A stretch of 63,042 bases of DNA, the filler included, from Trypethelium eluteriae (lineage: Eukaryota): assembly GCA_051942245.1 (NCBI GenBank). It is 5 parts of 5 records of this genome, joined end to end, with 100 filler letters (N's around TTAATTAATTAA, not from the genome) between each part and the next. Parts side by side here need not be neighbours in the genome. Positions count along the whole stretch, not along the records: positions 25,351 to 37,868 come from JAVECL010000768.1; 4 more parts are not named here. The stretch is one strand, 5' to 3'. The notes beneath the pieces are model-generated. The model saw nothing but the letters and a program-made list of their open reading frames with translations, was not told the origin of the DNA and did not search any database. The translations under genes and the position numbers were made by a program. Shown here one piece after another: positions 25,351 to 37,968 of this stretch (its first letter is position 1; each line of letters begins with the position of its first letter).

Positions 25351-27859
25351 GGAGAGGAAGGTGGATAGATGGGACTCGTTTGTGGCGGAGGAATCGGGAC
25401 CGCAGGTGAGGGCGGCGCGGAAGGTGTTGGCGTTTGCAAGTGCAAACGATTGAATAGCTTTCAGCTTAGAAATGACATCGTCGAGTCCTTCTGATTGAGA
25501 GCGAGATGTAAGGGATGTAGTTAGCTTTACTTGGGTCAACCCGCTGACTTGCTCGCCGAGACGGCCTTGAGGGGTCAAGCCAGCTTCTGCAAAGCGACGA
25601 GCATAAGAATGCCCACTCTCCGCTATGCTGTTGGTAGCACCATTTGCTGCAGTTTGTAGGAGCTGTCTGATATTCCGCTCCGCTTCAGGCCCGTCAAAAT
25701 TCGTCTCCTGGATAATCATCCGGAAAAGTTGGTACATGTCGGGTATGTTGCGGTCGAGGGCAAAACCCGCCAAGACAAGACCCTCTTCGCACTGCCCAGT
25801 TGCAATTGGCGAGGTTGAAGAGTGGTAGCCAACACTAATACCGCCCGTCTTAAGCTTGATCAACTCTTCAAGCTGCTCCATGGTCTTATTTTTGGTTCCT
25901 AGTCTCATAATAGCGTCGCTGAAGAGGGGTATCATCTCTCGCAAGTCATCTGGAAGCTGCTCAAACTTGTTCACGGCTCGGAAATAGGTAAGTCCATTCG
26001 TAGGAGCTTCTCTCCACTGCACTTTGACATCATCTAGGTTGCCGTCGCGGACAGTCTTGTTCTCTTTTTGACGAGGGATATCTCGAACGTGAACTGACGG
26101 CAAGCAGCTCAGATCTTGATTGCGAGCTCTGTCTTGAACTCCAAGCAACTCAAGCTCCCGCTTTTCTAGGTTCTGGCGCGCTTCCTCTTCTGAACGATAC
26201 TGCTTTGTAGTTTCCAGAATTTTGGATGCCAAGCGAGTTGCCTCCTCGTCGGCCACTTCCTGTCCGTAAGCCTCAGAAGGCTCCATCGTGAAGGTCAACG
26301 TCCTGTCGTTCAGGAGGTATCTCTCAACGAGATCCTCCAAATAGCGACCTTCAGCATATTTAGCCTTGAAACCATTGACAGTTTCTTGCCATGCAAGAGC
26401 ATCAAATGGATCCACGCCGTTGAACCACCCTGGTTTCAAGCGTTGCATTACACCCATGCCGAAGTGGGCCGTTTTATGCTTCAAACCCAGCTCTAGCTGA
26501 TGTAAAATGCCGTCCACCTTAATTCGGTCAAATCCCTTCGTCTTAGTCTCTTGCAGTGCCAAATAGATGGCTTCCTTGACCTTAGACACATCGGTTTGCT
26601 GGACACCAGTAAGGCCAACAGAAAATATGGCGGTACTACCGGAGCTATCAAAACCTGTATTTGGACTAAAGTCATGACCCAAACCGGCCTCGATGAGTGC
26701 TCTGTAAAGGGGTGATCCATAACCATCCATAAGCAGATTTGACACTATACCCAAGGCAAACATTTCCTGGACGTTTGATGTCTCGCCTAGAAGCCATGAC
26801 GTTGATGTCTTGTACTGAGCTTCTGGAGGTACCAAGGGATCTGTAGGTCCTTTGATTGTAACATAGTATGGTCCGTTGCTGAGATCGATGGGAATCTTGA
26901 TTTCTTTATCGGGCATGATTCTTGAAAAGTTCTCCAGACGTGAGCCGACTTCTTTCAAATGATCCTCAAGAGGCAAATTTCCATAAGTGAACAGCTTGGC
27001 ATTACTAGGATGATAGTGGTCTTTATGGAATCGTTTCAACTGTTCATATGTCAACTCCGTCATTTTCTGCGGATCGCCACCGGAATTGTTGATCGCCGGA
27101 AAAAGGTGGTCTTGAAAGCGTATGTAGTAAAGATAGCTGGCATCAGACATCTGTCCTTTCATTTCATTGTAGACCACACCTTTGAAGACCAGCCTATTAT
27201 CGCTTGAGTCTTTCTCCGGATTAGATGTAGCTGCCATCGGATTCTCTGGACCTATACGCCATCCCTCCTGTGTAAAATCGTCGGCTTTTAACAGAGGATG
27301 TAGGGTTGCATCAAGATACACGGACATCAAATTCCTGAAGTCTTGTTCATTTGTCGTCGCAAACGGATAGGTGGTGTGGTCTGAAGACGTAAAGGCGTTC
27401 ATAAAGTTGGATAGAGATCGGGGAAGCATCTTGAAGAAGGGGTCCCGAATAGGGTACCTGTGCAGATGTTAATATTTGTCCCCCATGTTGACATCTGGAG
27501 GCATACTTCTCGCTACCGCATAATGTCGTGTGCTCGAGGATGTGCGGCACTCCTGTGTCATCGGGAGGATTGGTCTTGAAGCCGATGGAGAAGACATTGT
27601 TCTTGTCGTCGCGAGCAATGTGGAGGTAATCAGCGCCCGTCTTGTCATGTTGTAGATGCAGAGCTGTCAACTCCAACTCTGGAACGTGTTTGGAGCGAAG
27701 GAGCGTAAAGCCATGGACGTGGTCCCCTGGCTTTGGGTACCGGTCCAAGTCAGTCACGGAGGCATAGCTGCGGGTAATGGGATTGTGAGCTGTTTTCAAG
27801 CTCAAGAAGCCTTTGCTACCTCTCGATAGCCATTTTGACGAGTGTCCGGCCGGTAGCAT
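25351..27859 (-). CDS. CYM1: Mitochondrial presequence protease (pitrilysin, M16C), 3'-partial
   Basis: [17 protein letters not shown] (HxxEH), an intron, then [23 protein letters not shown] and [10 protein letters not shown]. Confidence 0.95.
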
Positions 27860-28487
27860 GTCCAGTCGCGATATATGGTGGGCGTGGTAGCTAGAAAGGT
27901 TGCCGAAGATGCTGAAGATTTGACAGCGTCATTTGTGTCGCTAGAGAGGACGAGGGCCGAGATTTGCACCCTCAGAAGCGCCACCGCCAGACGGAGAGCA
28001 TTGCTGCCTCCTCCCTCACTCGACTGCGGAAATCCTGCCCGGCAATTCGGCATTCTGCCCTTCTACACTGAGCTTTTCGTGGCTTGGGTTTATTCTCCGA
28101 CACGAGCTTGTTGTCAATCGCTTAGCAACTAGCCGTGACAAAAAGGTTCGCCATCCCCAATCTGTGTCATTAGATCATTTCCCGTCGTTCCACCTCACGA
28201 GACAACGGGAGGCCTGCCACCACGGCCTGCAAGTAATTCGATTTCGGTCTCAGATCCCCGCCTCTGCTTTCAGCCGCATACGATCAACAATTACGCGAGG
28301 CAAACTTCCTTCCTAACATCCGTGCTTGATGCTTCCTTCGCGCGGGTATCACCGCACCCTTCCGTATCAGTATCTTCAGAGCTCGACGGAAAGGCAAACG
28401 TTGCTGAAAACCAGACGTTCGCTGCTCAAGCACATTTGAACTGTCGCTACATTCTTATCCGCATGCGTATGAATATTAACTCCGGAA

Positions 28488-30241
28488 ATGCCACCAGCTG
28501 CCCCCCAACCCCAGACCGCCGCAGCAAACGCTCGTGCGTCACCAGTCAATGTAGCAGATCCACATCGAGCACCAGCGGCCTCCCGAGATGGCTCTGTCTC
28601 CGATACGTCATCTATGAATAGCGCTCCACCACCGCCGCCTCCGACGACTGCAAAGAAAGGCAAAGACAAGAAGACCAATGACCCTGACGACGCCTCGAAA
28701 CAGCTCGCTGCCAGGATCGCGCAGTTGGAGCAAGATAAGGTGAAAAGCCAGGAACAGGATGCTGAGGTCGATCGCGAAGTTAAGAAGGCCAATCGGGACC
28801 TTGTCAATCTTCTCAGTAATCTGGAAACCCCTCTACAAAAGCTTGAACTCGTCCGCAAGCGATATTCCGAACTGTATCGGAAAATGAAGGAGCATGAACG
28901 TGATCACCAGAGAGAAAAGAGGCGTGCCGATCAGCTGCAGAGGGAGAAGGACAATGCAAAATCGGAACTTAGCAAGGCAACCTCGGCGGAGACCAAGACG
29001 AATAACATGTACAGGAAGCTCATGAACGATCACAAGAAGCTCAAGGCACGTCCATCTCTGCACTACACACTCCGCATCTGAAGACGTACTGACACGTAGT
29101 TCATTAAGGATGACCATGAGAAGCTCCAGGACAACGAATCTAAAGCCCGAGAGGAACTTAACGAGCGCCTCCAAAAGATGGCTCTCGACGTGCAAGAGGT
29201 TGTCTCACGACGCGAAGCTCCGGAAGCACAGCCAGCGCAGGAGATGGAGGTTGACAAAATGTAGGCTGCATTTTCCGACTGTACATCTTATAAGGTATTA
29301 ACAAGAAATCTGTAGCTTCCACGAGAAGTTCAAGTCGTTTGCCGAGCAGTACGAGTTGCGCGAAATCCAGTTCCAGTCTTTGCTTAGGACGAAGGAACTC
29401 GAAATACAATATCAGATGGCCCGCTTCGAGCAACAGCGCAAGGCACAAGAGATCGAAACCTCCAAATCCAGTCAACTAACACGGCAAGTCTCTACATTTT
29501 CACAGACGGAGACGGAGCTTCGCAGCCAACTCAATATTTACGTTGAGAAATTCAAACAGGTATATAAACTTATCTTCGCCTTCTTTTCTATTTGCCCTTG
29601 CCTTCCATTCCCATGCTGAATTGGTATGGGGCTAACAGGGTATCAAACGCCAGGTCGAAGACACGCTCAATAATAGCAACGATCTCTTCCTCACCTTTCG
29701 CAAAGAAATGGAAGAGATGTCAAAGAAGACGAAGCGGCTCGAAAAGGAGAATCTTCAACTCACCCGCAAACAAGATGCCACGAACCGCAATGTTCTGCAG
29801 ATGGCAGAGGAACGAACGAAACAAGACAAGGAGATGCGTACTTTGCAGAAGAAGAATGAGCGTCTGGAACAGCTATGCAGAGGCATGCAGGCGCAAGGCA
29901 GAGGGGGCATGTCCAATGTAAATCCCCAATCTGGTGCAGGAGAGGCGGCGGCGTCATACGGTCCCGAGGATGCAATGGCATTTGAAGGGGAAGGAGATGC
30001 GGATGAAGGTGCAACAGATAGCGAATATGATGAATATGAGGACGACGAGGAGGTTGGCAGCGAAGAGTACGATGACTACACTGAAGAAGAGGGCCTGGAG
30101 GTTGTCAATGGCCAGAGAACTTACGGGCCAGTGCCACCGCCTCCTCCACCTCCACCGACCACTTCAGCTCCCAGCAAAGCCCAGGCCAATGGGCAACTCA
30201 ATGGTCAGAAGGGCGCTGGACGGAAATCAGTGGTCTGGTGA
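28488..30241 (+). CDS. Taxilin family coiled-coil protein
   Basis: QYELREIQF, ETELRSQLNIYVEKFKQ/VEDTLNNSNDLFLTFRKEMEEMSKKTKRLEKEN and LEQLCRGMQ. Three introns; the first appears to use a GC donor at 29046. Confidence 0.9.
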
Positions 30242-31194
30242 GCGTTGGTATAGCTTTTGCAAATTGCTGAACACTTGGCTCGGTATTTCGTGCAGCAGTA
30301 CCTCAGCAAGATTCAGTAATCAGAATTCAACTCGACGCACTGAACTAGCTAAATCCGAAAGTCGTAATCTTCTGAGATTATCCGAATGATTGGGGCGATC
30401 AGTGCACCTGGCGTTGGATCGCTCTGTGCCGGTCTGACATGAGAAGGCTCCGGTGCATACATGCTTAAGTACCCAAGCGTCCCAGTTTTGGGCAATTCCA
30501 TAGTGCCATGAGGTATTTCGCGATCACTCTCCAGCCAATCACGAACATGTCCGGAAATTTAGCACGCGCAGGTCATTGTCGCTTACCAATCCGATTGTCC
30601 TAGTACGGAGTAGAACTCCGTTCAATCTTCACCACTCTGCCAACCCATATACGGTCATTGCTTAATCCATATGTCTCCGGCCCCAACGCTATCGTATACT
30701 CTCCGTTGGCATGGACGCAGATTTCATGGTGTCCGTCATAGTGACCACGTATTCCTGTTTCATTGCAATGTTCTCTCTAATCAAGAGCCGCCTCCGCTCT
30801 TACGGTACAGCAGCCAAAATGCCTCTACGAAGGGAGACACATTTGTAATTTATCAACAGGTGGGTCTCAATCTCTCCGCAATTTCTGGTCCGCAAAGCTT
30901 GAAGTATTGCATGAACCATGTTAGTTCCACCGCTGAATAATTTTTGCATTGGTAATGCTGTACTGATCTCGATATCGAAACATTTTCATGCGTTTCTTCG
31001 TCTCCTGATATGGCATGGTACCTCATTCTTGTTTCCGGCTTAGGAGACATCTCGAACGTCGTGGAATATATAAAGCCACCAGCAAGATCCACGAAAATAT
31101 TTCCCCTCTACTTAACAAATCTCAAAACACCTGTCTTTCAATCTTAGCAGAGTGTGTCGAACCTGAAGTTTCGTACCGAACGCTTTATATCGAA

Positions 31195-32042
31195 ATGTCT
31201 CTCAATAACAAGCTTGCTGTTGTCACGGGCGGTTCACGGGGCATTGGAGCTGCAATTGCTCTCGAACTTGCCAAACGTGGTGCCGATGTTCTCGTGACCT
31301 ATACTTCCAATCAATCGAAAGCAGAATCTGTGAAGGATCAAATTACAGCTTTAGGCCGTCGTTCTGCCGCCATCCGGGCAGATCAGAGTACCATTGATGT
31401 GGGCAAAGTCGTCTTGAAGGGCCTACAAGAGAGCTTCGGTGTGGGGGCTGAGCGGAAACTGGATATTCTCGTCATCAATGCGGGCATTTCGTCTCGGACG
31501 CCAACTTTGGACTTCGAACTGGAGAAATTCACCAGGTACGTTACTCTCTGTCGGAGCTCCAACTCTTTCATTGCCACTCCAGTGATATATGGAAGAGATA
31601 CTGTGCTGAAAGTATCCTCAGCTTCATGAATACCAATGTTCGTGGACCCATGCTCCTCGTCCGCGATCTCGCCCCCTTCCTCTCCTCTACTGGTCGCATC
31701 CTTGCCAACACATCCATTGTTGCACGTCATCCAGCACCAGATCAAGACGTTTACACTGCATCCAAAGCCGCCCTCGAAGCTCTGGTGCGACAATGGGCCT
31801 ACACGCTTCCTGATCATTACAAGGGCGTCACTGCCAACTCATTTGCGCCCGGTCCTGTGGTAACAGACATGATGAAAGGGTATGAGGCTTTGTTTGACAA
31901 AGTGAAGGAAGACACGCCAGTGGACCGTCGTCTGGGTGAAGTTGGAGACATTGCAGATGTGGTGGCCTGGATGGCAGGTGAAGAAAGCAGGTGGATTACT
32001 GGGCAGTCGATTCAGTTGAATGGAGGTCGGCTCATGTTATAA
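31195..32042 (+). CDS. Classical short-chain dehydrogenase/reductase (FabG-like)
   Basis: TGGSRGIG, INAG, YTASK and PGPVVTDM. Intron ~31536..31622. TATAAA at ~31069. Confidence 0.92.
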
Positions 32043-32657
32043 AGTTCACATAGTCTCATTCTTCTACCCACGCGCAACTCGATAGTCTTTTGGCATTAAA
32101 TGTAGTATTTAATCCCCAAATCAGAGCAATTGCCCCAATACTCCGTACTTATACGGTCGTGGAAACATATTTTTATAAACAGAGGCACTTAAAGGAAATC
32201 CCAGTCAGCGCGAATATCTCATGCCTTAAGTCCTCCCTTACTTCTACGAGTTGCTCTTGCCGTATAGATGCCTTCTCCATGTGGCTCCATCCTCCACCAA
32301 ACGGCTATTTGTCAGAACAAAGGGTCGGGAGGCTTCGTTCCCTAACAGTTGATGATCCCTCGAGTAGAGCCACAGCTCAGACATTAAAGCCATATCAGTA
32401 GGCCGTCTCAGCTCAGTGACATTCTTCGGTCGTTGATTTCGTCCTTAATCTTCTAGTCAGTTCTTCCCTCTAATCAGTACGTAATTACATTGCGGCCCCA
32501 TGATGACATCCAATATTCCGTTTCGAGAAACATTGTCTTGGCGCCAGCGCACAATGCCCAGTTATTGCTGGAGTCGAGCAATCGCAATGGACTTGATGTC
32601 AAATCCGTATTGCATCAGATAGTGACCAGAGTTTAGCTACGCCAAGGTCAATGGGCA

Positions 32658-33701
32658 CTAGGCATGATCCATGGCTTCAGTGCACAAAACACCAATCGCT
32701 TCGGCAAGCGGAATGTCCTCCACAGCGAATTCGGGGGCTATGAGACCAAGGGCTGAAATGAGATCTTGAATCCATTCGCAGGTAGAGTCGCCCGAAGTCC
32801 CAGCCTTAAACTCCCATGATGCATCAAGCCATGACGAGGATCCAGGATGTTGCTGCCACCATTGATTATAGTACTGTACGCCGGCGAAGCTCGCCGCGTT
32901 GCACAAGGTCAGTCCTCCATTACCTGATCCTCCTCCCGCCTGTCCTCCTTGTCCTGAAAAGGGTCCTGCATAGGCAACAAACCCCTGACGCTTTTCAAGC
33001 TCGCTACGATATCTGATTCTAAACGGGTCGGTCCAGAAGGACCAAGGCGTCAACTCACGTTCTCGGAGACGTCCTTGAGCCATGGGGATTTGCCAGCAGC
33101 TCGAGCCTTGGGCCGAAGTGTTTGCGGTCAGGGCTGCGGCCATAATCATAGCATCCCGAAGGCCGGTGTCATTGTATGAGCTAGATGCGACCTTGACATC
33201 CAGCTCCCCGTCATCTTCCAGGGTCTGTCCTTTTGTGTAAGAAATACCTTCAATCGTTACTGGGTCGGTAGCGCAGGTTGTCATCGACTCTGTTTGAGAC
33301 ACAGCGGGACAGATCTTCTCAAGCGCACTTGAAATTGAGGTGTACAACGGTTGGCCAGTCAATATCCCGACATGGACTGGTGAACTGCCGGCCTGGACAG
33401 TAGCGAGCCCTTTAGGACCTGAACCTGGTGACGAGGGCGGAGTGGTCGTAGGAGGTGGAGGGGCTGCTGTAGAGTTGCCTCTGAAAGTCGTAGCTTCTGG
33501 CGTCAATGGCATCTGCAGGCACAAAGGCGGAAGTCCTTGCGTCTCATTCACCGGACAAGGGAGATCTTCAGCTCGAGCTAAGATGGATGGGGTTGGCGTT
33601 GGAGTAGGCGTTATAACGGTCATGTCATTTGGGTAAGAAAGACTTTGCGACTGTACCTCGGTATAGAAAAAGGTTATCCACAGGAGAAGTGAGAGATGCA
33701 T
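32658..33701 (-). CDS. Secreted Cys-containing protein of unknown function
   Basis: Intronless ORF. Signal peptide MHLSLLLWITFFYTEVQS, Pro/Thr-rich linker, several Cys, internal ELEKR dibasic site and a Gly-rich spacer. Confidence 0.75.
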   Translation of the reverse strand: MHLSLLLWITFFYTEVQSQSLSYPNDMTVITPTPTPTPSILARAEDLPCPVNETQGLPPLCLQMPLTPEATTFRGNSTAAPPPPTTTPPSSPGSGPKGLATVQAGSSPVHVGILTGQPLYTSISSALEKICPAVSQTESMTTCATDPVTIEGISYTKGQTLEDDGELDVKVASSSYNDTGLRDAMIMAAALTANTSAQGSSCWQIPMAQGRLRERELTPWSFWTDPFRIRYRSELEKRQGFVAYAGPFSGQGGQAGGGSGNGGLTLCNAASFAGVQYYNQWWQQHPGSSSWLDASWEFKAGTSGDSTCEWIQDLISALGLIAPEFAVEDIPLAEAIGVLCTEAMDHA

Positions 33702-34777
33702 GTTGAGGCAAATAGAGAGCAAAGTTGTAGGGGCGAGAACGTGTTCAGCAAAGCTTCAAGCCTGAGACATGAGAAGGCAGATAATGATTTTATATGATTG
33801 AGAAATAAGCTAACCTTTCCAGATGATGTTATCGCAATACTTTCACTCCGAAAATAAGTGAAGCAGCCTCAGCCGGAGACGCCTCAGACGAAGGCGCAGA
33901 GCCGAATGACCTCGCAAAGAAGTCCAAAAGAACACATTCTACGCCTTTGGGCCTTCCTATCAATCGGTAGGACCGACAATTGCCATTCAACCGTGTCAGG
34001 ATACCTGGCAGATCCATCTGACGGGTGACTCTTCGTACTGAGATTTCCACACGTCATTCTCTTTTTGCCTCTGCTCTTTCCCGTTGCTCGGAGAGATCAG
34101 CGATCGTCTTGCCACTGCGTTTAGCTGTGAGACTCTCTGACGAACACTTGCTGGACCTGGACGCAGAAACATCTCTGCTTCGTTGGCGAGAATCGGCAGC
34201 CTGTTTCTGCGCAAAGCTTTTCAGCGTAGTATTAGAGTCGAAGGCACTTATGATTTAGAAGAATCGTGTCATATGTTATTTGCCGTAGACCTACCCTACC
34301 TAAGTTTTCTAGGAGTAGGATACCAAAAGCCACGAGGAGCTCGGACTTGCCCGATGGATGTTGTAAGGTACCATAGATCACGTGGTAAGTACAGCCGCTC
34401 ACCGATCCATGAAACTTGCCTTCGAACGTTGGTCTGTCTTCACAAGGTGTCCAGATACATACCTAAGGTAGGTAGCCTCAGCGCGAGCTCCTATGACAGA
34501 TTGTCGATAGCATGGGTGAGGAATCCTCTGGGTCGGGTGCGAGGCTTCTTCCGCCGCTGACGTCAAGGAAAGGTGCCTTGAGCGTTGTCTAAATTGCCCT
34601 GTGGATTACTTGTATAAGATTTAATCCATTCATCATGATCTCAAGGCCTTTCGCCATATATCCTGGGAGTTTGAATCTGTGTCTTCATTCTCTCTTTCCT
34701 ATCTCAGGCGTTGATCGCTTCTCTTCTAACTCTACTTTTCGTTCGAAGTCCTCTTGGGTTTGAAGAAAACTTTGGTA

Positions 34778-35914
34778 ATGTTCTTTGGAAATTTAATCAC
34801 TGCAACATGCGGTCTTGTAGTATTGCTGCCAGCTGTCTGTGGAGATACTATGTCCTCAGCGTGAGCTTCGGCCATCATCTAGCTGCAAGATCCACGCTCA
34901 CGTTTTTTAGCTTACAATCTCCAAGTCACCAGAACTCAAAGCGCCGTATGACTCCTCATTTCGGCTCATTCACAGCCGGCGAAGGCGAGCAACGGAGAAA
35001 TCGAATTGAACAAGCACTGCAGGATATGGCCGAAGTAGTCAACGGAAACGACTTTGGCGTCTTGACAAGTAACGATCAGACATTTACGTCCATTTACAAC
35101 AAATACTTTCCCCCACAATACAAAAATGCTATTAAACAAATCTTCAAGAACATCGCTGGGACAGGAATCCAAGATCGATCAACTGGCGATAGCCTCCAAC
35201 AGATTAACTTCAACGATATTGATTCGCAGAGCCTTTGTACAGATGTCTCCGCATACGTTTTAGCGGACCGAGATAATCCTCCAACTATCGATCAGCTAGT
35301 AATTCATTTCTGCTCATCAAACGGCAAAGACATGTATCAATACCCGGACTTGAGTCAAATTACGTGCGATAAACTCGATGATTTCGTCTCATGGAAGATG
35401 CTCAGTCTTGGAGGCTATGCTCTGCTCCATGAGGTATCGTATGTTAGCCCCACATGATTTTTCTCCATAACGATCCTTTCCAGCTGATCGAGCGCACGCA
35501 GACATGCATTTACAGTGAGCCACGATGCCCTGAATGTTCAGAACGATTACGAGGGTAAATCTTCCTTCAGTCACCCGGACCAGGAAATCGCGGACTTTCA
35601 ATATGGTCCTAAAATGACCCGGCAACTGCTCCAAAGTAAGAAAATATCGGGTTACCAGAGCAAAGCAGCCGCGAATGCGGATAGTGTCGCGTGGTTTGCC
35701 AACGCAAGTAAAACGCAGCTGATAAAATCAATATGATCCAAAGCTGATCCTAAGAACGTAGGAATTGTACTTCACGAGAAAATGCAAAAAGCAAAGCTTT
35801 GGCGATCCGAAAGACAATCTATTCTTTCCGCCAGGAGTTTGCCCACCTGCACACCCTCTGGATCCCGGCTTCGACCATACTCAATCGAAACCCCTGAACT
35901 GCATACTCCGGTAG
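34778..35914 (+). CDS. Secreted zincin-like metalloprotease (M35/deuterolysin-like)
   Basis: Reconstructed by hand. Exon 1 is MFFGNLITATCGLVVLLPAVCG (signal peptide), followed by intron 34861..34910 and a KRR site. Intron 35439..35501 creates LLHEVSH. Then DFQYG..NADSVAWFA, GC-AG intron 35704..35761, and ELYFTRKC..LR*. Confidence 0.78.
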
Positions 35915-36709
35915 TCGCCATATTCGACTCCGAGCTGGAGCTGAGGTAACAACAGAAACAAGCTTAGACGATTCCTGAAAGATTTAATTCCGTGATATGT
36001 CTTATCCTGCAGACGTCAACTTTATCGTTCGTCCACTCCCTTCTATTACTAAACAGCCAACATCGTATCTGTGGTCTACGACTGCCCTGCACGTAGCACC
36101 GAAGCTTATGGTCTTGCTGGGACTGATCATTTAGTGTAGGTTGAGATGTTGAGACGGGACCTGCGTTGAGAATGAATCAGAGAGTAAGTTCGGGCGGACA
36201 ATTTTTGGAATCGCACAGTTCTACATTCCTATATGGACGCCCCAGGCAGAGTGTCTCAAGTAAGAGGCGCTGAAGGTTGGGATTGTCAAGTCAATATTGA
36301 TGTGATTGTGTTGACACAGTAATTGGCTGTTGATGAGCTCAGTAGCGTGGTTCTAGGCTGATGAACCTCATTTCGAAACCAAAAATATCCTAGACTTCTT
36401 AGATCGCTCGTTCCAGTCCATGCGTGAAAAGTTCCAAGAGAAAATCTGCCAGGGACCGTTGCAACTTTTCGATCACGCTCTCATCCTCTGGTGAGCTTTC
36501 GAGTGGATTGCCCGAAATGGATAATCCGCATACATCGGGATTCTCGGCCCGACTCTTCGGCATGTGCTTAGACTAGAGTAATGCATAAATATTATGCCTC
36601 GGCGATCTATCAGTGTCTACTCTATATCATCAAACACATTTTCAGGCTTTAAATGCTATCGTAATTCACTTTCGTCTTTCTTATCAACATCTCACAAAAG
36701 TCTACGAGC

Positions 36710-37742
36710 ATGGCCGATAACAAGAAAACGGTGCTCATCACTGGGTAAGCAGTATCGTAGGCATGGTGAACCAAAGTTCCGAGCTCAACGCCCGATCATC
36801 TAGGTGCTCGAGCGGCATTGGTCACTCTCTGGCTCTTGATTTCCTCTCCAGAGGTACGTGAAGTTCAAGTCTAATTTTGCGACCCCAATTGAAAGTTCAT
36901 GCTTATAAACTTCTCCAGGTTTCCGCGTCTTCGCAACCGCTCGCAAGACAACCTCCATCGCAGATCTTCGAGAACGCGGAATAGAAACACTAAGTCTTGA
37001 AGTCACCCAACCTGCCAGCGTAAAAGCTTTAAGATCCGAGGTAGAGAGACTCACCGCTGGCCATGGACTTGACTATCTCGTCAATAATGCGGGACGAAAC
37101 TACACTGTCCCAGCCCTCGACGTTGACTTTGATGAAGTCCAGGAGACGTTCGAAACCAACGTCTTTGGCGTCATGAGGATTTGCCAAGCTTTCGCACCAC
37201 TTGTCATCCAAGCACGCGGCACCATTGTCCAAATCGGCAGCATTGCTGGGGTGATGCCCTATGTGTTCGGAAGTGTGTACAACGCCTCCAAAGCTGCACT
37301 ACATCAGTACAGCAACACACTACGCGTAGAACTTCAGCCATTTGGTGTCAAAGTCGTGACAATCGTTACGGGTGGCGTCACGTCCAATATCTCCCGAACG
37401 GAGCGTCGTCTTCCTGAGGGATCTCTCTACCTCCCGGTAAGCGAAGAGTATCACAGAAGACAGACACATAGTCAAGAGAGCGGCTTTTCAAACGAGGCAT
37501 ATGCAAAATCTGTTGTCTCTCAGGTTCTGAAGCGTAATCCACCAATGTGGTTCTGGGAGGGCCATGGAGCGAGGCTGGTGAAGTTTGTCTCCACCTGGCT
37601 CCCCGCATGGCTGCTGGTAGGTCACTCCACGCCTCATGTTCCAAGAACTCTCTCCTGAGAATCAATATAGGACAGACATTTCTACCGGGAATTCAACTTC
37701 TGGAAGCTCGCAAAGTCGTCCATGTACAAGAAGTCCACCTAA
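36710..37742 (+). CDS. AYR1: NADPH-dependent 1-acyl-DHAP reductase (SDR)
   Basis: MADNKKTVLITG / CSSGIGHSLA / GFRVFATAR, LVNNAG, YNASKAALH and LRVELQPFGV. Three introns. Confidence 0.88.
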
Positions 37743-37868
37743 AGAGTCTCCAATGTACGACTAAAGCGCATTCATCTCCATCCTCCTCTCTCCACACTCT
37801 CCAAAATCCCATCGCAATTGCCCATTCCCTCTTCTTTCTACTTCCCATCAATATTTCTCCCCACATTC

Positions 37869-37968
37869 NNNNNNNNNNNNNNNNNNNNNNNNNNNNNNNN
37901 NNNNNNNNNNNNTTAATTAATTAANNNNNNNNNNNNNNNNNNNNNNNNNNNNNNNNNNNNNNNNNNNN
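37869..37968. other. Artificial contig spacer N44-TTAATTAATTAA-N44
   Basis: Identical 100 bp linker. Confidence 0.99.
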
